Assembly: GCA_030390025.1 (NCBI GenBank)
Contig: CM059431.1
Location: forward strand, 118,298,001 to 118,362,000
Origin: Squalus acanthias
Lineage: Eukaryota
Reading direction: 5' to 3'
DNA: 64,000 nucleotides
Both the position numbers and the translations under genes were made by a program. The notes beneath the pieces were generated by a model. It did not search any database. It was not told the DNA's origin and saw only the letters and a program-made list of their open reading frames with translations. The stretch's first letter is position 1; every line of letters begins with the position of its first letter. Below, one piece after another: positions 23,502 through 36,337 of this stretch.

Positions 23502-25259
23502 ATGGAGAGAGTCAGCGAACGAGCTCAGCGCTTCAGCGACCGGACCTTGGAGGCTCTGGTTGGTGTAGTGGAGCGCCGAAGAGCTATACTGTAACCTGAG
23601 AGTGGCAGGAGGCCATTGCCCCACGACTATAGAAGAGTGTGGAGGGAGGTGGCTCATCACGTCTCCTCCAGGAGCATGGTGCCCAGGACCCATACACAAT
23701 GTCGCAAAAAGTTCAACGATCTCACTCAGGTGGTCAGGGTGAGTGGTTGCTTTTCAATACCTCTCCATCTCCACCTCACTCTATGGCCAGAGGGTCTTAA
23801 AACCCCAATGCCCAACACTCATCCAAGACCTATGGCCATCTCATAAAACACACATACACACTCCACACCTTGCATACATTAAGGGCTATTCAACTGTGGG
23901 AGGCACATCAGGCAAGCACATGGCTGCATATTTACTCAGACGCAGTCCTTTTTCTTGCAGGCCAAGCTATCTCATAACAGGAGGCAGCAGCAACGGACGG
24001 GTGGAGGGCCGCCACAGCTGCAACCCCTCAGTGATCTTGAGGCGCGTGTCCACAGGATTGTGGCAAGCCAGGTGATCGGTCCCGTCGCCACTGGAGACGC
24101 CAACCCCGTTCTGGACAGCAATGGTAAGGTTATCAGCTTTCTCTCCTCTCTCATTCCACTTGTCCCTCACAACACCAGCCTTTTACACTTTCAATCCAAC
24201 TTACTAAATCGCTCCAGTCCTTCCTCCCTTACTGCCCCCCTGTCCTCACACTAAAGCCACTCTTGTACCTCCCTGCTTTCAGACGGTGATTCACCAGCTG
24301 AGGAGACGGGCCCTCAACCAGCCAGTGGGAGCGACGCCACAGGCGAGGAGGAAGAGGAAACCGGAGCCTCAGCGCCAGCGTCTCCCGAGGGAGCCCATGC
24401 CCACACTGGGACCACGCCTTCCCTGGAGGGGAGCAGGGGGGAAGGGTCTGATGAGGGTGAAACTCCAGGACCCAGCGGGCTGCAGCAACGCAATGGGGAT
24501 AGGGAAGCTTGGGGGCCTTCTCCCCAGAGGGAGAGTAGGCCAGCGAGTCCTGCTACCCTGGACGCAGAGGAGGAGCGGCTCATCGCGGAAATGAACACCC
24601 AGGCGGTGAACATGCACACTCAGCTCATGGGTGCAGTGGGAAGGGTGCCCGAAAGCATTGATGGACTGGCAAGGAGTGTGGAGCACTACGCTGCAGCACA
24701 GGCGGACACCACGCAAATGCTTAGTGCTGCAATTCAGTCACTGGCTGCTGTGATCCAATCTCAGAGTACTCTCATGCAGTCTCAGATTGAGGCCACGCAA
24801 GCACTGAATGCTGCCATCATCGCTGGTTCGGACACATTGCCCCGGGGCTCTCACGGCACCGCAGCAGGCCAGCAATCTGTGCTCCAGCAGATTGCTCCGG
24901 ATGCTGAGCTGCTGCCCCGTGGGAGTGCCAGTGCGTCGGTCGAGCAGGGAGGTGCTGTCCTCACTCAAGATTACAGCATTCCTGCTGCCACCACTGTCAC
25001 TTCCCCATTGCACTTGCCACTGCCTGTAGCCCAGACTGCTTCCGCCCATGCAGAATTGGTGCAGTCTGCAGCTGGGCCCTCCAGGCCCAGAGCTGGTCGA
25101 GGGTGTCCTTCAAGGGCATCTGTTGTCTCAGGATCTGACATTCAGCAGCCTTCCACCAGCCTTGCTGCGACCACTGGGGCCCTATTACGGAGGAGCAGTA
25201 GGGTGGGAAGGGGGCAAGTGGGCAAGGGATGGAGATCACCCTCAAAGGGCAAAAAGTAG
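23502..25259 (+). pseudogene. Spliced Myb/SANT-like gene: exons 23502-23738, 23961-24123, 24283-25259; 458 codons with one in-frame TAA (23592-23594)
   Basis: GT-AG introns of phase 0 and phase 1 join in frame; MERVSERAQRFSDRTLEALV..WREVAHHVS..RTHTQCRKKFNDL, then RTGGGPP, coiled-coil-like segment and basic C-terminus. Confidence 0.88.
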
Positions 25260-25499
25260 GTGGTCTCAAGAAATGTTGGGAATGTTTTTATGAAAGGCCA
25301 AGGTTCTTCTGATAACATTTGTTTAGTGTTTTGGCCATTATCTCCAGATTGTGAGAACCAGTTATGTTAATTAATTATTTTTTGTGTTTGTTTCTATTAG
25401 TTTGTCCTGAATAAATGACACACACAGAGTTTGTAAAATAAAAAAGTTGTATTCAAAATGTACATGTTTGGCCTTTGGAATCATTGCTGCCTTGGCCGG

Positions 25500-26565
25500 C
25501 TACAGGGGTTGCGGGTTGCTTTCCATCATGTTGTTCTCTATGCCAGAAGCCATTTCCTGAGTAGGGGCCGAGAAGCGGCTTGCTATCAGTCTTTGATGGA
25601 CGGCCCTTGCAGTCTCAACACTGTGGGCCTCCCTCCCGCCTTGGTGCTGCTGCTGATCATCCTCCTCCTCTTCCTCCTCCTCTTCCTCCTCCTCCTCCTC
25701 CTCCGGTGGTGCACGAAGGCCTGTTGGCATTGGCTGGGTCCTGAGGATTGCCAGGTTATGCAGCATGCAGCACACAGCTATAAAGAGGGAGACTCGCTCA
25801 GGAGAGTACTGCAGGGCTCCTACTGAGTGGTCTAGACAGCGGAACCGTTGCTTGGGCACGCCGATCGTCTGCTCAACGATGTTCCTGGTGGCGAGATGGC
25901 TCTCATTGTGCCGCAGCTCAGCAGGGGTGTTGGGGTTACGGAGCGATGTCATCAGCCAGGTGCAGAGTGGATAACCCTTGTCCCCGAGGAGCCAACCAAT
26001 TGGCTGATGCGCTGCCTGGAAAAGCTCTGGCACACCAGTCTGGCACAGGATGAAAGCATCGTGGCTGTTGCCAGGATGGCGGGCATTGACAGCGAGTATC
26101 AGCTGTCTGTGGTCACAGATCAACTGGACATTTAAGGAGTGGAACCCCTTGTGGTTTCAGAAAACCTCTGATTTCTCATGCGGTGCCCGCAATGCCACAT
26201 GCGTGTAGTCAATGGCACCCTGCACCATGGGGAAACCCACTATCCTCCCAAAGCCCAATGCGCGTTCATGCTGTTTGGCCCGGGTCATCGGGAAAGAGAT
26301 GTACTGGTGTCTCCTTTTATAGAGGCTGCAAGTGGCAGAGCTCAGTGACCACCTCCTTGCTGAAGCGCAGCATGCGCAAACACTGCTCCTCAGACAAATG
26401 AATGTAGGAGAATTGTTCCCGGAATACCCTGGGAGGGTAAGGTCTCCTGTGCACAGGCCTGTTGGCCCTCCTCCCTCTGGCCATTTTTGCCACTCTCTCT
26501 CTGCATCTCTGATGCCTCCGATTCTGCAGGTGCAGGATGATGCCCCGAATCAGTGCAGCCCCCAA
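25500..26565 (-). pseudogene. Harbinger DDE transposase with internal deletion and a stop
   Basis: ORFs 26317-26565 and 25500-26123: SHDAFIL, WLLGDKGY, IVEQTIG..KQRFRCLD, CCMLHN, poly-Glu tail; GAIDYTHV by manual reading. Confidence 0.93.
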
Positions 26566-27178
26566 GTCTCTTGAAAATCGAAGTAATGAAGGTCAAATCC
26601 AAAAGACCCTGAAAAGTGCTGCTCAGTAGCCAAAACTACTTCACACAGTGTTGATTCTGTAGAATTCTCTCTCGCTCTCTCTCAGAATCTCTCTCTCTCT
26701 CTCAGAATGAGTGGTGAAAAAATGTCTCCCACAAAAAAGGCAGGAAGAGGGCGCCTTTAAATAGCGCTCCCCCAGCCCCTTCCCGACTGCAAAACGTTCC
26801 ACTCTCCTTGTCATTGATTGTGGCAGGTGGAAAGGAAGGGGCGCCACTCAATATCCGGCCCGGGGCGTTGCACGCTCGACTGACGTCACGATCTGTGGGC
26901 GCAGGAGATCGGGGCGGTAGAGTTTAGCGCCACTGCAAAAACTCTGGTCAATTTCGCGAGCAGCGCAAACATCGCTGCGCCTGGTCGCTAGTTGCGTTGC
27001 GCCCCATTAGCGCCCTCTTAGGTTTTAAGAAAGTGCAGAGGTGCCTAATTTGGAGAAATGTGCAAAAAGTCCTGTAAATTCCACTTAGAGAACAGTCGAC
27101 AAGTCTTCCCAATGCCAGGGGGGGTGTCAGTGGGAGTTTCCAGACTACCCAGGAAATTACTCTACTGAGAATCTCATT

Positions 27179-27238
27179 AGGCCTAACATAACTACTGGCA
27201 GCTGGGAGAGGCCTAACATAACTACTGGCAGCTGGGAG
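27179..27238. repeat. 30-bp tandem duplication inside a probable MITE remnant (~27040-27425)
   Basis: aggcctaacataactactggcagctgggag twice; TIR-like aaaatcaggcc ending at 27425. Confidence 0.8.
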
Positions 27239-28089
27239 ATGGTGTGAGTTCTGTTCAGGGCCTATTAAAGGTCCCAAAAGTTACCAAGACAAAGGTAACT
27301 AATCCTGGATGGAATTGATTATCTTAAAACCCATGGCCTTAACTTCCTTAAGAGTTGAAGAAGCAAATATCTGATTTTATCTTCAGACCAGGAAGAGGCA
27401 TGTGACCCGGTGTTAAAATCAGGCCAATTTTTTTCTGTTATCTTAGTCTGTAGTTCTGGAGTAAGTGATGCTGTCTGTGTTCTGAAAAATGTCTATTTAA
27501 ATGTAAGCAAGTTGTTTCACTAAAACAAACAATTCTGTCACAGGAAAGCATGATCACTTATGAAACATTATTCACCAAGATTGACGTGTTCATTTACATT
27601 CAGTAGCACACATTAACATATGTAAATGCTTCAATGGTAAGTAGCTTTGAATAATAACTAACATCTGATTAGGTATCTTAGTTTAACTATGAGGAATCAG
27701 TTAAGATGCTGATTTTTGGAAATTGCAGCTTTCCTACGTAGATGGTAATATTTATTGTCATGTACATGTATAAAGGATCTTAACACTTGTACACTCTGGA
27801 ACATAAATGCCCTCAGCTGTCAAAGCAGAAATGCAGGATCAATTTAAACTGTGGACATTAGACCAGTGAGCTAATAAGAAGAATGTATCTATTTTTTCAC
27901 TACACAATATAAAATTGTTCTTTTTATCATTCTGAAAACAATCAGACATATATCAAAATTCTACAAAGAGTTGCACTGTCTGCCTTGTTCCCCAGTTGAA
28001 TCAGTCATTACAATAGCGTTAACTCTAGTCCATCCTCTAATTACTTTATGACACAACATCCCTAGAGTCCTCCTATCTAACCACATGCC

Positions 28090-28435
28090 TTCACCCTGCA
28101 TAAAAGCTGCAGCTCATGTCCTTAACTGCACAGAGTCCTGTACTACCATCACCCTATTCTCTCAGTTCCTTGGTCTCTGGGTTGCTCTTGTCTTCCATTC
28201 CTTCTGATCCAACGTTGGTGGCCACTTTTTCTGCAACTTGTGTTTCTACCTTCTGGAGGCCTCTCTCTAAAACCCTCCATTTTTCCACTTCCCTTCCCTG
28301 CTTTCAGAAACCTCCGTGAACCCTTTAAATTAGGATGGAGGGAAGCTGATGGCACAGTGTCTATTGTTTTTTTTCCCCTTCTAAAGTGCTTTAGGACATT
28401 GTTCTACAGGTGAGGACTATATAAATATAAGTTGT
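28090..28435 (+). mobile_element. Old L2 3' remnant
   Basis: Degenerate similarity to 42720-43203 with an L2 tail (ctatataaatataagttgt). Confidence 0.55.
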
Positions 28436-29929
28436 ATATTTCTAACATGATAATTATATAACTACATTGAACATCCAATTAAGTATGGGATGGAGGTTAC
28501 ATTAAAAGAAAATTCAAAAAGGAAAAAGTTGGGGCAATGATTATCATAGCCTATAGAAATATTGGGTGACATTTTTTCAAAGTGACATTAAAAGGGCAAT
28601 TTCCTGACGTTGTGGTCCTGTGAAAAGACTGGTCCATCAAGAACACATATTGCAAATTCCAGTACATGCTCTGCATGGTTTTCTGACTATTTTTAGAAAA
28701 TCATGCACAACACTTGCCAGAATTTCTGATATGCACTCTCAGCAGGTGAGGCTTCCAGCTCGAAGCACAGAGTCAGAGACGTAACCCTTAAGTATATGAT
28801 GGCGCTGATGTTAATGGTAATGAGTTAATCACTCACACCTGCAGCAGTTATAGTGTGACCACCGATTTTACTGCTGTTTTTCCAGGGGAGTTTTTAAAAA
28901 CTGCGCATCTGTTGTAAGGGCAAATTAAATCTGCAAAGAAGGCTGCTTGTCATTCATAACGCAACACGTGTAATTTGTCCTTCTTTGTGAGATCTTGTGA
29001 TATTATTAAGACATGCCTGCAGCTGGTGTTAATTGCTATACAGAAAAGGCAGACCCAGGCACGGATTGATTCACTTAGTGGCGATGGCAGAGGCAGCTGT
29101 AATCAACGTGTCACCAATTGTTGCAGCACAGATGGGCATTCGGAAAATAAAGATGAGAATCAATCTATAAGTACCAGAGCAACTACCAGGTGCTTTCAAA
29201 GTGACAGTAATTTGGATGGTTTCGACTCAGTAAATAGTTTGTCACCATCAGTAGGAAGATTTAAAATCCAAGTCCAAGTCAGCAAGGCCCTGCCAGTTGT
29301 GTAAAATGGGCAATGTTTTTATGACACGGTGCTTCCAGGTGCTGCCTGCTGATTACATTAGTATCAATCAGTCATCCACATATCACTGTATCCACCAGCT
29401 CACAATGGTGTAGGTAAAGATAACAGAGACACATCTGCGTCCCCTAAACACAACAGTAACAAGACTAAATATAACCTCAGTTCTACAATATTGCTCATTT
29501 CCCACGGGTTCCAGAGGACATTGTCTCAGAACTACATATACCTTCACTGAATGAGCCTACTTACTATAATCTAAAAGGGGAGCTTTCAAATCAGACAAAG
29601 ACAGTGCTGTTCCAAAATGTCAACATGCATTGGCTAGATGCCATTCTTTCCTGATCTTCCTTGAGTAGGACAGGAAATTCACAGCTCACTGCTGGGCAAC
29701 AGAGATTGCAGATTGAAGAGATGTTTAATCAGATGTTGGTTCACTGTATTTATATTCATATAATGTTTTATAAGGGAAAACATGAACAGGTACATTGTAC
29801 CATTAGAAGGAATACTAAGAGAACATTTGGAGTGGTTAATACATGCTTCAGATGTGGTTAAAGTCTGAACAATGTGTTACTGCAAAGGTATGGGTACACT
29901 AGATTTTACTGGATTATTATATCATGGAA

Positions 29930-30170
29930 AACATAGAATTGCATAGAATCTACAGCACAGAAATAGGCCCTTCAGCCAAATTGGTCAATGCTGGTGTTTA
30001 TACTCCGCTCAAGACTCCTCCCATGATAACAATATCCCCCTGCTTTTCAATTCTATTCTATTTCTCAAAAGATTAACTCCAGTACTTTATTTGCACTCTT
30101 TATGGCCTTATAAACTTGCGATGCTACGTTTAGTGATTTTTGCTTCTGTATTCCCAGATCTATACACTCC
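29930..30170 (-). mobile_element. Old CR1 3' remnant (continues ~35300-35400), host of the long CR1
   Basis: catagaatctacagcacagaaataggcccttcagcc is the reverse complement of a CR1 tail. Confidence 0.55.
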
Positions 30171-30583
30171 CACTTTTGCTGGCTTTTTTTCAGAGGCCGG
30201 TGTCGGAAGCGGCAGAGAGTGGCGGTACAGTGGTATTTAAACTCACTTTTGCGAGCTTTTTTTCAGAGGCTTACCAATCTCGCAGACCAGTGGCGGCGTT
30301 CCAGAGCCACGTCACGATTCAAAAAGTGATGCGGGCAAGAGCAAGCAGCTGATTGGGTGAGTACGGCCAGGTGAGTATTTATACTACTCTATAGTTTGAC
30401 AGTCAAGGTTAATAGTTTCCAAAGTTTAGAAGGTCTTAATTTTTGTGGTTATAGTTTCTAAGGTCTCTGTTGTGTAGCGGGGAGTGCTAGTAAACAAGGG
30501 CCCTTGAGTATATCATTTAATTGTAGTGTAATTAGTGGTATTGATTTGATTTAATTTATTTTAAATTAATTAAAGGGTAAGTC

Positions 30584-31534
30584 ATGGCAGCACAGCTCGG
30601 CCCTGCGGCATGCTCCTCCTGCATTATGTGGGAAATCAGGGACACTTCCTGTGTCCCTGACGACCATGTGTGCGGGAAGTGTATCCAGCTACAGCTACTG
30701 GCAGACCGCATTGTGGCACTGGAGCTGCGAATGGATACATACTGGAGCATTCGCAATGCTGAGGACATCATGGATAGCACGGTTAATAAGTTGGTCACAC
30801 CGCAGGTAAAGGCTGCACAGGCAGGAAGGGAATGGGTGACTGCCAGGCAGCATAGTAGGTGCAGGTAGGTAGTGCAGGGGTCCCCTGTGGCCATCCCCCT
30901 CTCATACAGATATACCACTTTGGATATTGTTGAGGGAGATGGCTTATCAGGGGAAGGCAGCAGCAGCCAACTTCCTGGCACCATGGGTGGTTCTGCTGCA
31001 CAGGACGGGAGGAAAAAGAATGGGAGAGCTACAGTGATAGGGGATTCTATTGTAAGGGGAACAGATAGGCGTTTCTGCGGCCGCGAACGAGACTCCAGGA
31101 TGGTATTTTGCCTCCCTGGTGCAAGGGTCAAGGATGTCTCGGGGTGGCTGCAGGGCATTCTGGAGGGGGAGGGTGAACAGCCAGTTGTCATGGTACATAT
31201 AGGTACCAACGATATAGGTAAAAAACAGGATGAGGTCCTAAAAGCTGAATAAAGGGAGTTAGGAGGTAAATTAAAAAATAGGACCTCAAAGGTAGTAATC
31301 TCAGGATTGCTACCAGTGCCACATGCTAGTCAGAGTAGAAATAGAAGGATATTTCAGATGAATATGTGGCTAGAGGAATGGTGCAAGGGGAAGGGATTCA
31401 AATTCCTGGGATATTGGAACCGGTTCTGGGGGAGGTGGGACCAGTACAAACTGGACGGTTTGCTCCTGGGCAGGAACGGGACCGATATCCTAGGGGGAGT
31501 GTTTGCTAGTGCTGTTGGGGAGGGTTTAAACTAA
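30584..31534 (+). pseudogene. CR1 ORF1: zinc finger/leucine zipper plus SGNH esterase, two in-frame stops
   Basis: CSSC..HVCGKC.QLQLL; VIGDSIVRG, GARVKD, HIGTND, DGL. The three ORF pieces share one reading frame. Confidence 0.92.
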
Positions 31535-31721
31535 AATGGAATGGGGTTGGGAACCTGTGCAGGGAGACAGAGGAAAGGGAAGCAAAGATAGAAACAAAAG
31601 ACAGGAAGGAGAAAAGCAAAAGTGGAAGGCAGGGAAATCAAGGGTGTAAATCAAACAGGGCTACAGTAAATAATAATTCTAAAAGGACTAAGAGTGTTAA
31701 AAAAACAAGCCTGAAGGCTTT

Positions 31722-32612
31722 GGGGGAAAAATTAGGTCGCGCCCCATTTGGGGCGCAAATATCGTCTGGACGCAAATATTAGCGCCTGGCGCTAATTATC
31801 GGCACTGACTGGAAACTTCACTTTTACCGCCCCGGGAGGTGAGTGGAGCACTAAATCAGGTGCTGCACACCTGTCTTAAGGCGCAAAGGCCAAGGAGTGA
31901 GGCGCTAACTCAGAGCGCTGGCGAAGCTCATGTAATGTCAGTCAGCAATGGAACACACACACAATGGCACGGGCCAGTTCTTAAAGGGGATGGTTAATCT
32001 TGCTTTCCATCCACATCCTGTTCATTGCAGCCTTGAATCTCGGCCTGGAGAGACTTGCACATCAAATGTGCTGGAAAGAACAATGGAGAGTACCAGGCAA
32101 AGAGCTCAGAGTGCAGCTCCCACAGTCTCTGCTAAATCGATACAAGGAATGGCAAATCAAAATGAACCTGCAAAGTGCTGCTCAGTACCCAAAACTCCTT
32201 CAAACAACGTTGAATCTCTCCAGATGTCTCTCCCTCTCTCTCTCAGAATGCGTAGTTAAAAATTGCCACCAACAATAAAAGACAGGAAGAGGCCCCCTTT
32301 AAATAGCGCCCTCCCCAGCCCCACAGCGATTGATAGCGTTCCAGTCTTCTGGTCGTTGGATGCGCCAGGCGGTAAGGCAGGGGGCACCACTCAATTTCCG
32401 CTCCGGGGCGCCACAAGGGCGTTGCACCATGGAATGACGTCACAATCAGCGCGCAGGTGGTCGCAGCGGTAAAGTTTAGCGCTGCCGCACAATGTCTAGT
32501 TAAGTTCCCGAGTGGCGCAAACATCGCTGCGCCCGGGCGTTAGCAGCTTTGCGCCCCATTAGCGCCCTCTTAAGGCGCTAACGGGAGGCGCAACCAACTG
32601 AATTTTTACCCC
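31722..32612 (+). mobile_element. Non-autonomous Harbinger, 891 bp (copy 1)
   Basis: TIRs gggggaaaaatt / aatttttacccc; TSD ttt; removing it restores CR1 LKALCLNARS. Confidence 0.95.
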
Positions 32613-35190
32613 TTTGTGTCTTAATGCGAGGAGCATTCGTAATAAGGTGAATGAATTAGCTGTGCAAATAGATGTAAACGGATATGATATCATTGGGATT
32701 ACAGAGACATGGCTCCAGGGTGACCAAGGCTGGGATTTCAACATCCAGGGGTATTCAATATTCAGGAAGGACAGGCATAAAGGAAAATCAGGTGGGGTAG
32801 CATTGCTGGTTAAAGAGGAGATTAACACAATAGTAAGGAAGGATATTAGTTCTGATGATGTGGAATCTATATGGGTAGAGCTGAGAAATACCAAGGGGCC
32901 GAAAACGTTAGTGGGAGTTGTATACAGACCCCCAAACAGTACTGCTGAGGTTGGGAATGGCATTAAATGGGAAATTAGAGACACGTGCAATCAGGGCACA
33001 GCAGTTATCATGGGTGACTTTAATCTACATATAGATTGGACTTTAAGATGGAGAATGAAGTAGTTGACTCAGAGACTGGGGTCCTGAATTTAAATAAAGG
33101 AAACTACGATGGTATGAGGCGTGCGTTGGCTAGGATGGATTGGGGAGCATTACTTAAAAGGTTGACGGTGGATAGGCAATGGCAAACATATAAAGATCGC
33201 ATGGATGAACTACAGAATTTGTTCATCCCTGTTTCGCATAAAAATAAAGCAAAAAAGGTGACTCAACCGTGGCTAACAAGGGAAATTAGGGATAGCATAA
33301 GATCCAAGGAGAGGTCATATAAATTGGCCAGAAAAAGCAGCAAACCTGAGGATTGGGAGCAGTTTAGGATTCAGCAAAGGAGGACAAAGAGATTAATTAA
33401 GAGGGGGAAAATAGAATTTGAGAGTAAGCTTACAGGGAACATAAAAACTGACTGTAAAAGCTTCTATAGATATGTGAAGAGAAAAAGATTGGTGAAGTCA
33501 AGCGTAGGTCCCTTGCAGTCAGAATCAGGGGAATTTATAATGGGGAACAAAGAAACGGCAGACCAATTAAATACATACTTTGGTTCTGTCTTCACAAAGG
33601 AGGACACAAATAACCTCCCGGAGATGTCGGGGAACATAGGATCTAATGAGAAGGAAGAACTGAATGAAATCAGTATTTGTAGGGAAATGGTGTTAGGGAA
33701 ATTGACGGGATTGAAGGCCGATAAATCCCCAGGGCCTGATAATCTACATCCTAGGGTACTTAAGGAAGTGGCTGATCATCTTCCAAAATTCTATAGACTC
33801 TGGAACAGTTCCCATGGATTGGAGGGTAGATAATGTAACCCCACTATTTAAAAAAGGTGGTAGAGAGAAAACGGGGAATTATAGACCGGTAAGCCTGACA
33901 TCGGTAGTGGGGAAAATGCTCGAGTCCATTATAAAAGATGCAATAGCAGAGCACTTGGAAAACAGTGACGGGATCGGACAAAGTCAACATGGATGTACAG
34001 AAGGTAAATCATGCTTGACTAATCTACTGTAACTTTTTGAGGATGTAACTGGTAGAATAGATAAGGGAGAACCAGTGGATGTGGTTTATTTGGACTTTCA
34101 GAAGGCTTTCGATAAGGTCCCGCATAAGAGATTAGCGTGCAATGTTAAAGCACATGGGATTGGGGGTAAGGTACTGACGTGGATAGAAAACTGGTTGGCA
34201 GACAGGAAGCAAAGAGTTGGAATAAATGGGTCTTTTTCCGACTGGCAGACAGTGACTAGTGGGGCACCGCAGGGATCGGTGCTAGGACCCCAGCTATTCA
34301 CAATATATATTAATGATCTAGACGAGGGAACTAGATGTAATATCTCCAAGTTTACAGACGACACAAAGCCGGGTGGGCGTGTATGCTGTGAGGAGGATGC
34401 AGAGAAACTCCAGTATGATTTGGACAGGTTGGGTGATTGGGCAGATGCATGGCAGATGCAGTATAATGTGGATAAATGCGAGATTATCTACTTTGGTGGC
34501 AAAAACAGGAAGACAAATTATTATCTGAACGGTAATAGATTGGGAAAAGGGGAAGTGCAACGAGACCTGGGTGAAATTGTGCACCAGTCGTTGAAGGTAA
34601 GCATGCAGGTGCAGCAGGCGGTTAAGAAGGTAAATGGTATGTTGGCCTTCATAGCGAGAGGATTCGAGTACAGGAGCAAGGATGTCTTGCTGCAGTTGTA
34701 CCGGGCCTTGGTGAGTCCACACCTTGAGTATCGTGTGCAGTTTTGGTCGCCTTATCTGAGGAAGGATGTTCTTGCTATGGAGGGAGTGCAGCGAAGATTC
34801 ACCAGGCTGATACCTGGGATGGCAGGGATGGCATATGAAGAGAGATTGGGTCGATTGGGCTTGTATTCGCTAGAGTTTAGAAGAATGAGAGGGGATCTCA
34901 TTGAAACTTATAAAATTCTAACAGGACTAGACAGATTAGATGCAGGAAGGATGTTCCCGATGGTGGGGGAGTCCAAAACCATGGGTCACAGTTTAAGGAT
35001 AAAGGGTAAGCCATTCAGGACTGAGATGAGGAGGAATTTCTTCACCCAGAGAGTGGTGAACCTGTGGAATTCTCTACCACACAAGGCAGTTGAGGCCAAT
35101 TCATTAAATATATTCAAGAAGGAGTTAGATATATTTCTTAAGACTAAAGGGATCAAGGGATATGGGGAGAAAGCAGGGACAGGGTACTAA
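32613..35190 (+). pseudogene. CR1 ORF2 (APE endonuclease plus reverse transcriptase), with internal deletion and frameshifts
   Basis: [47 protein letters not shown]; deletion at ~33040; longest piece 34075-35190. Confidence 0.95.
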
Positions 35191-35444
35191 ATTTGGATGA
35201 TCAGCCATGATCTCATTAAATGGCGGAACAGGCTCGAAGGGCAGAATGGCCTACTCCTGCTCCTATCTTCTATGTTTCTATGTTTCTATTTTGTTTCTTC
35301 CTTTCCAAGAAATAAGTAGTCTCCTTATTCCTCCTACCAAAATTAACCACCTCACACTTTGCTACAGTATATTGAATTTCATTGACCAGATATGAAATAA
35401 TGCAGATATTTTCTGTTTAATGTGGATAGGGTGCAAGACCCAAA

Positions 35445-36337
35445 GGGGTAGAAATTAGGTCGCGCCCCATTTGGGGCGCAAATATCGTCCGGACGCAAAT
35501 ATTAGCGCCTGGCGCTAATTATCGGCACTGACGGGAAATTTCACTTTTACCGCCCCGGGAGGTGAGTGGAGCGCTAAAGCAGGCGCTGCACACCTCTCTT
35601 AAGGCGCAAAGGCCGAGCAGTGAGGCGCTAACTCGGAGCGCTGGCGAAGCTCATGTAATGTCAGTCAGCAATGGAACACACACACAATGGCACGGGCCAG
35701 TTCTTAAAGGGGATGGTTAATCTTGCTTTCCATCCACATCCTGTTCATTGCTGCCTTGAATCTCGGCCTGGAGAGACTTGCACATCAAATGTGCTGGAAA
35801 GAACAATGGAGAGCACCAGGCAAAGAGCTCAGAGTGCAGCTCCCACGGTCTCTGCTAAATCGATACAAGGAATGGCAAATCAAAATGAACCTGCAAAGTG
35901 CTGCTCAGTACCCAAAACTCCTTCACACAATGTTGAATCTCTCCAGAAGTCTCTCCCTCTCTCTCTCAGAATGCGTAGTTCAAAAATGCCACCAACAATA
36001 AAAGACAGGAAGAGGCCCCCTTTAAATAGCGCCCCCCCCAGCCCCACAGCGATTGATAGCGTTCCAGTCTTCTGGTCGTTGGAAGCGCCAGGCGGTAAGG
36101 CAGGGGGCGCCACTCAATTTCCGCTACGGGGCGCCCCAAGGGCGTTGCACCATGGAATGACGTCACAATCTGCGCGCGCAGGTGGTCGCAGCGGTAAGTT
36201 TTAGCGCCGCCGTACAATCTCAAGTTAAGTTCTCGAGCGGCGCAAACATCGCTGCGCCCGGGCGTTAGCGGCTTTGCGCCCCATTAGCGCCCTCTTAAGG
36301 CGCTAACGGGTGGCGCAACCAAGTGAATTTTTACCCC
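35445..36337 (+). mobile_element. Non-autonomous Harbinger, 893 bp (copy 2)
   Basis: TIRs ggggtagaaatt / aatttttacccc; TSD aaa; collinear and highly similar to 31722-32612. Confidence 0.95.

Larger units (their letters stand above)
23141..27020 (+). mobile_element. Two-gene Harbinger transposon, right TIR deleted
   Basis: Left TIR gggggagaaatt; the right end stops at gcgccctctta, about 40 bp short of the end seen in relatives at 32612 and 36337. Confidence 0.9.
30180..35288 (+). mobile_element. Near full-length CR1 LINE (5' UTR, ORF1, ORF2), disrupted
   Basis: ORF1 and ORF2 in order, with a (TTTCTATG)n tail at ~35268-35288; Harbinger derivative inserted at the start of ORF2. Confidence 0.95.

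Noticed and set aside
27544..27636. Plus-strand acceptor/donor pair resembling an exon
   Set aside because: All three frames contain stops; it could only be non-coding and has no other support.
30556..31209. 217-aa minus-strand ORF
   Set aside because: It is the antisense shadow of CR1 ORF1.
35671..36204. 177-aa ORF spanning most of the non-autonomous Harbinger as a possible new gene
   Set aside because: It crosses non-coding upstream regions and a deletion junction, has no recognisable domain, and is interrupted by TAA at 32257-32259 in the sister copy.
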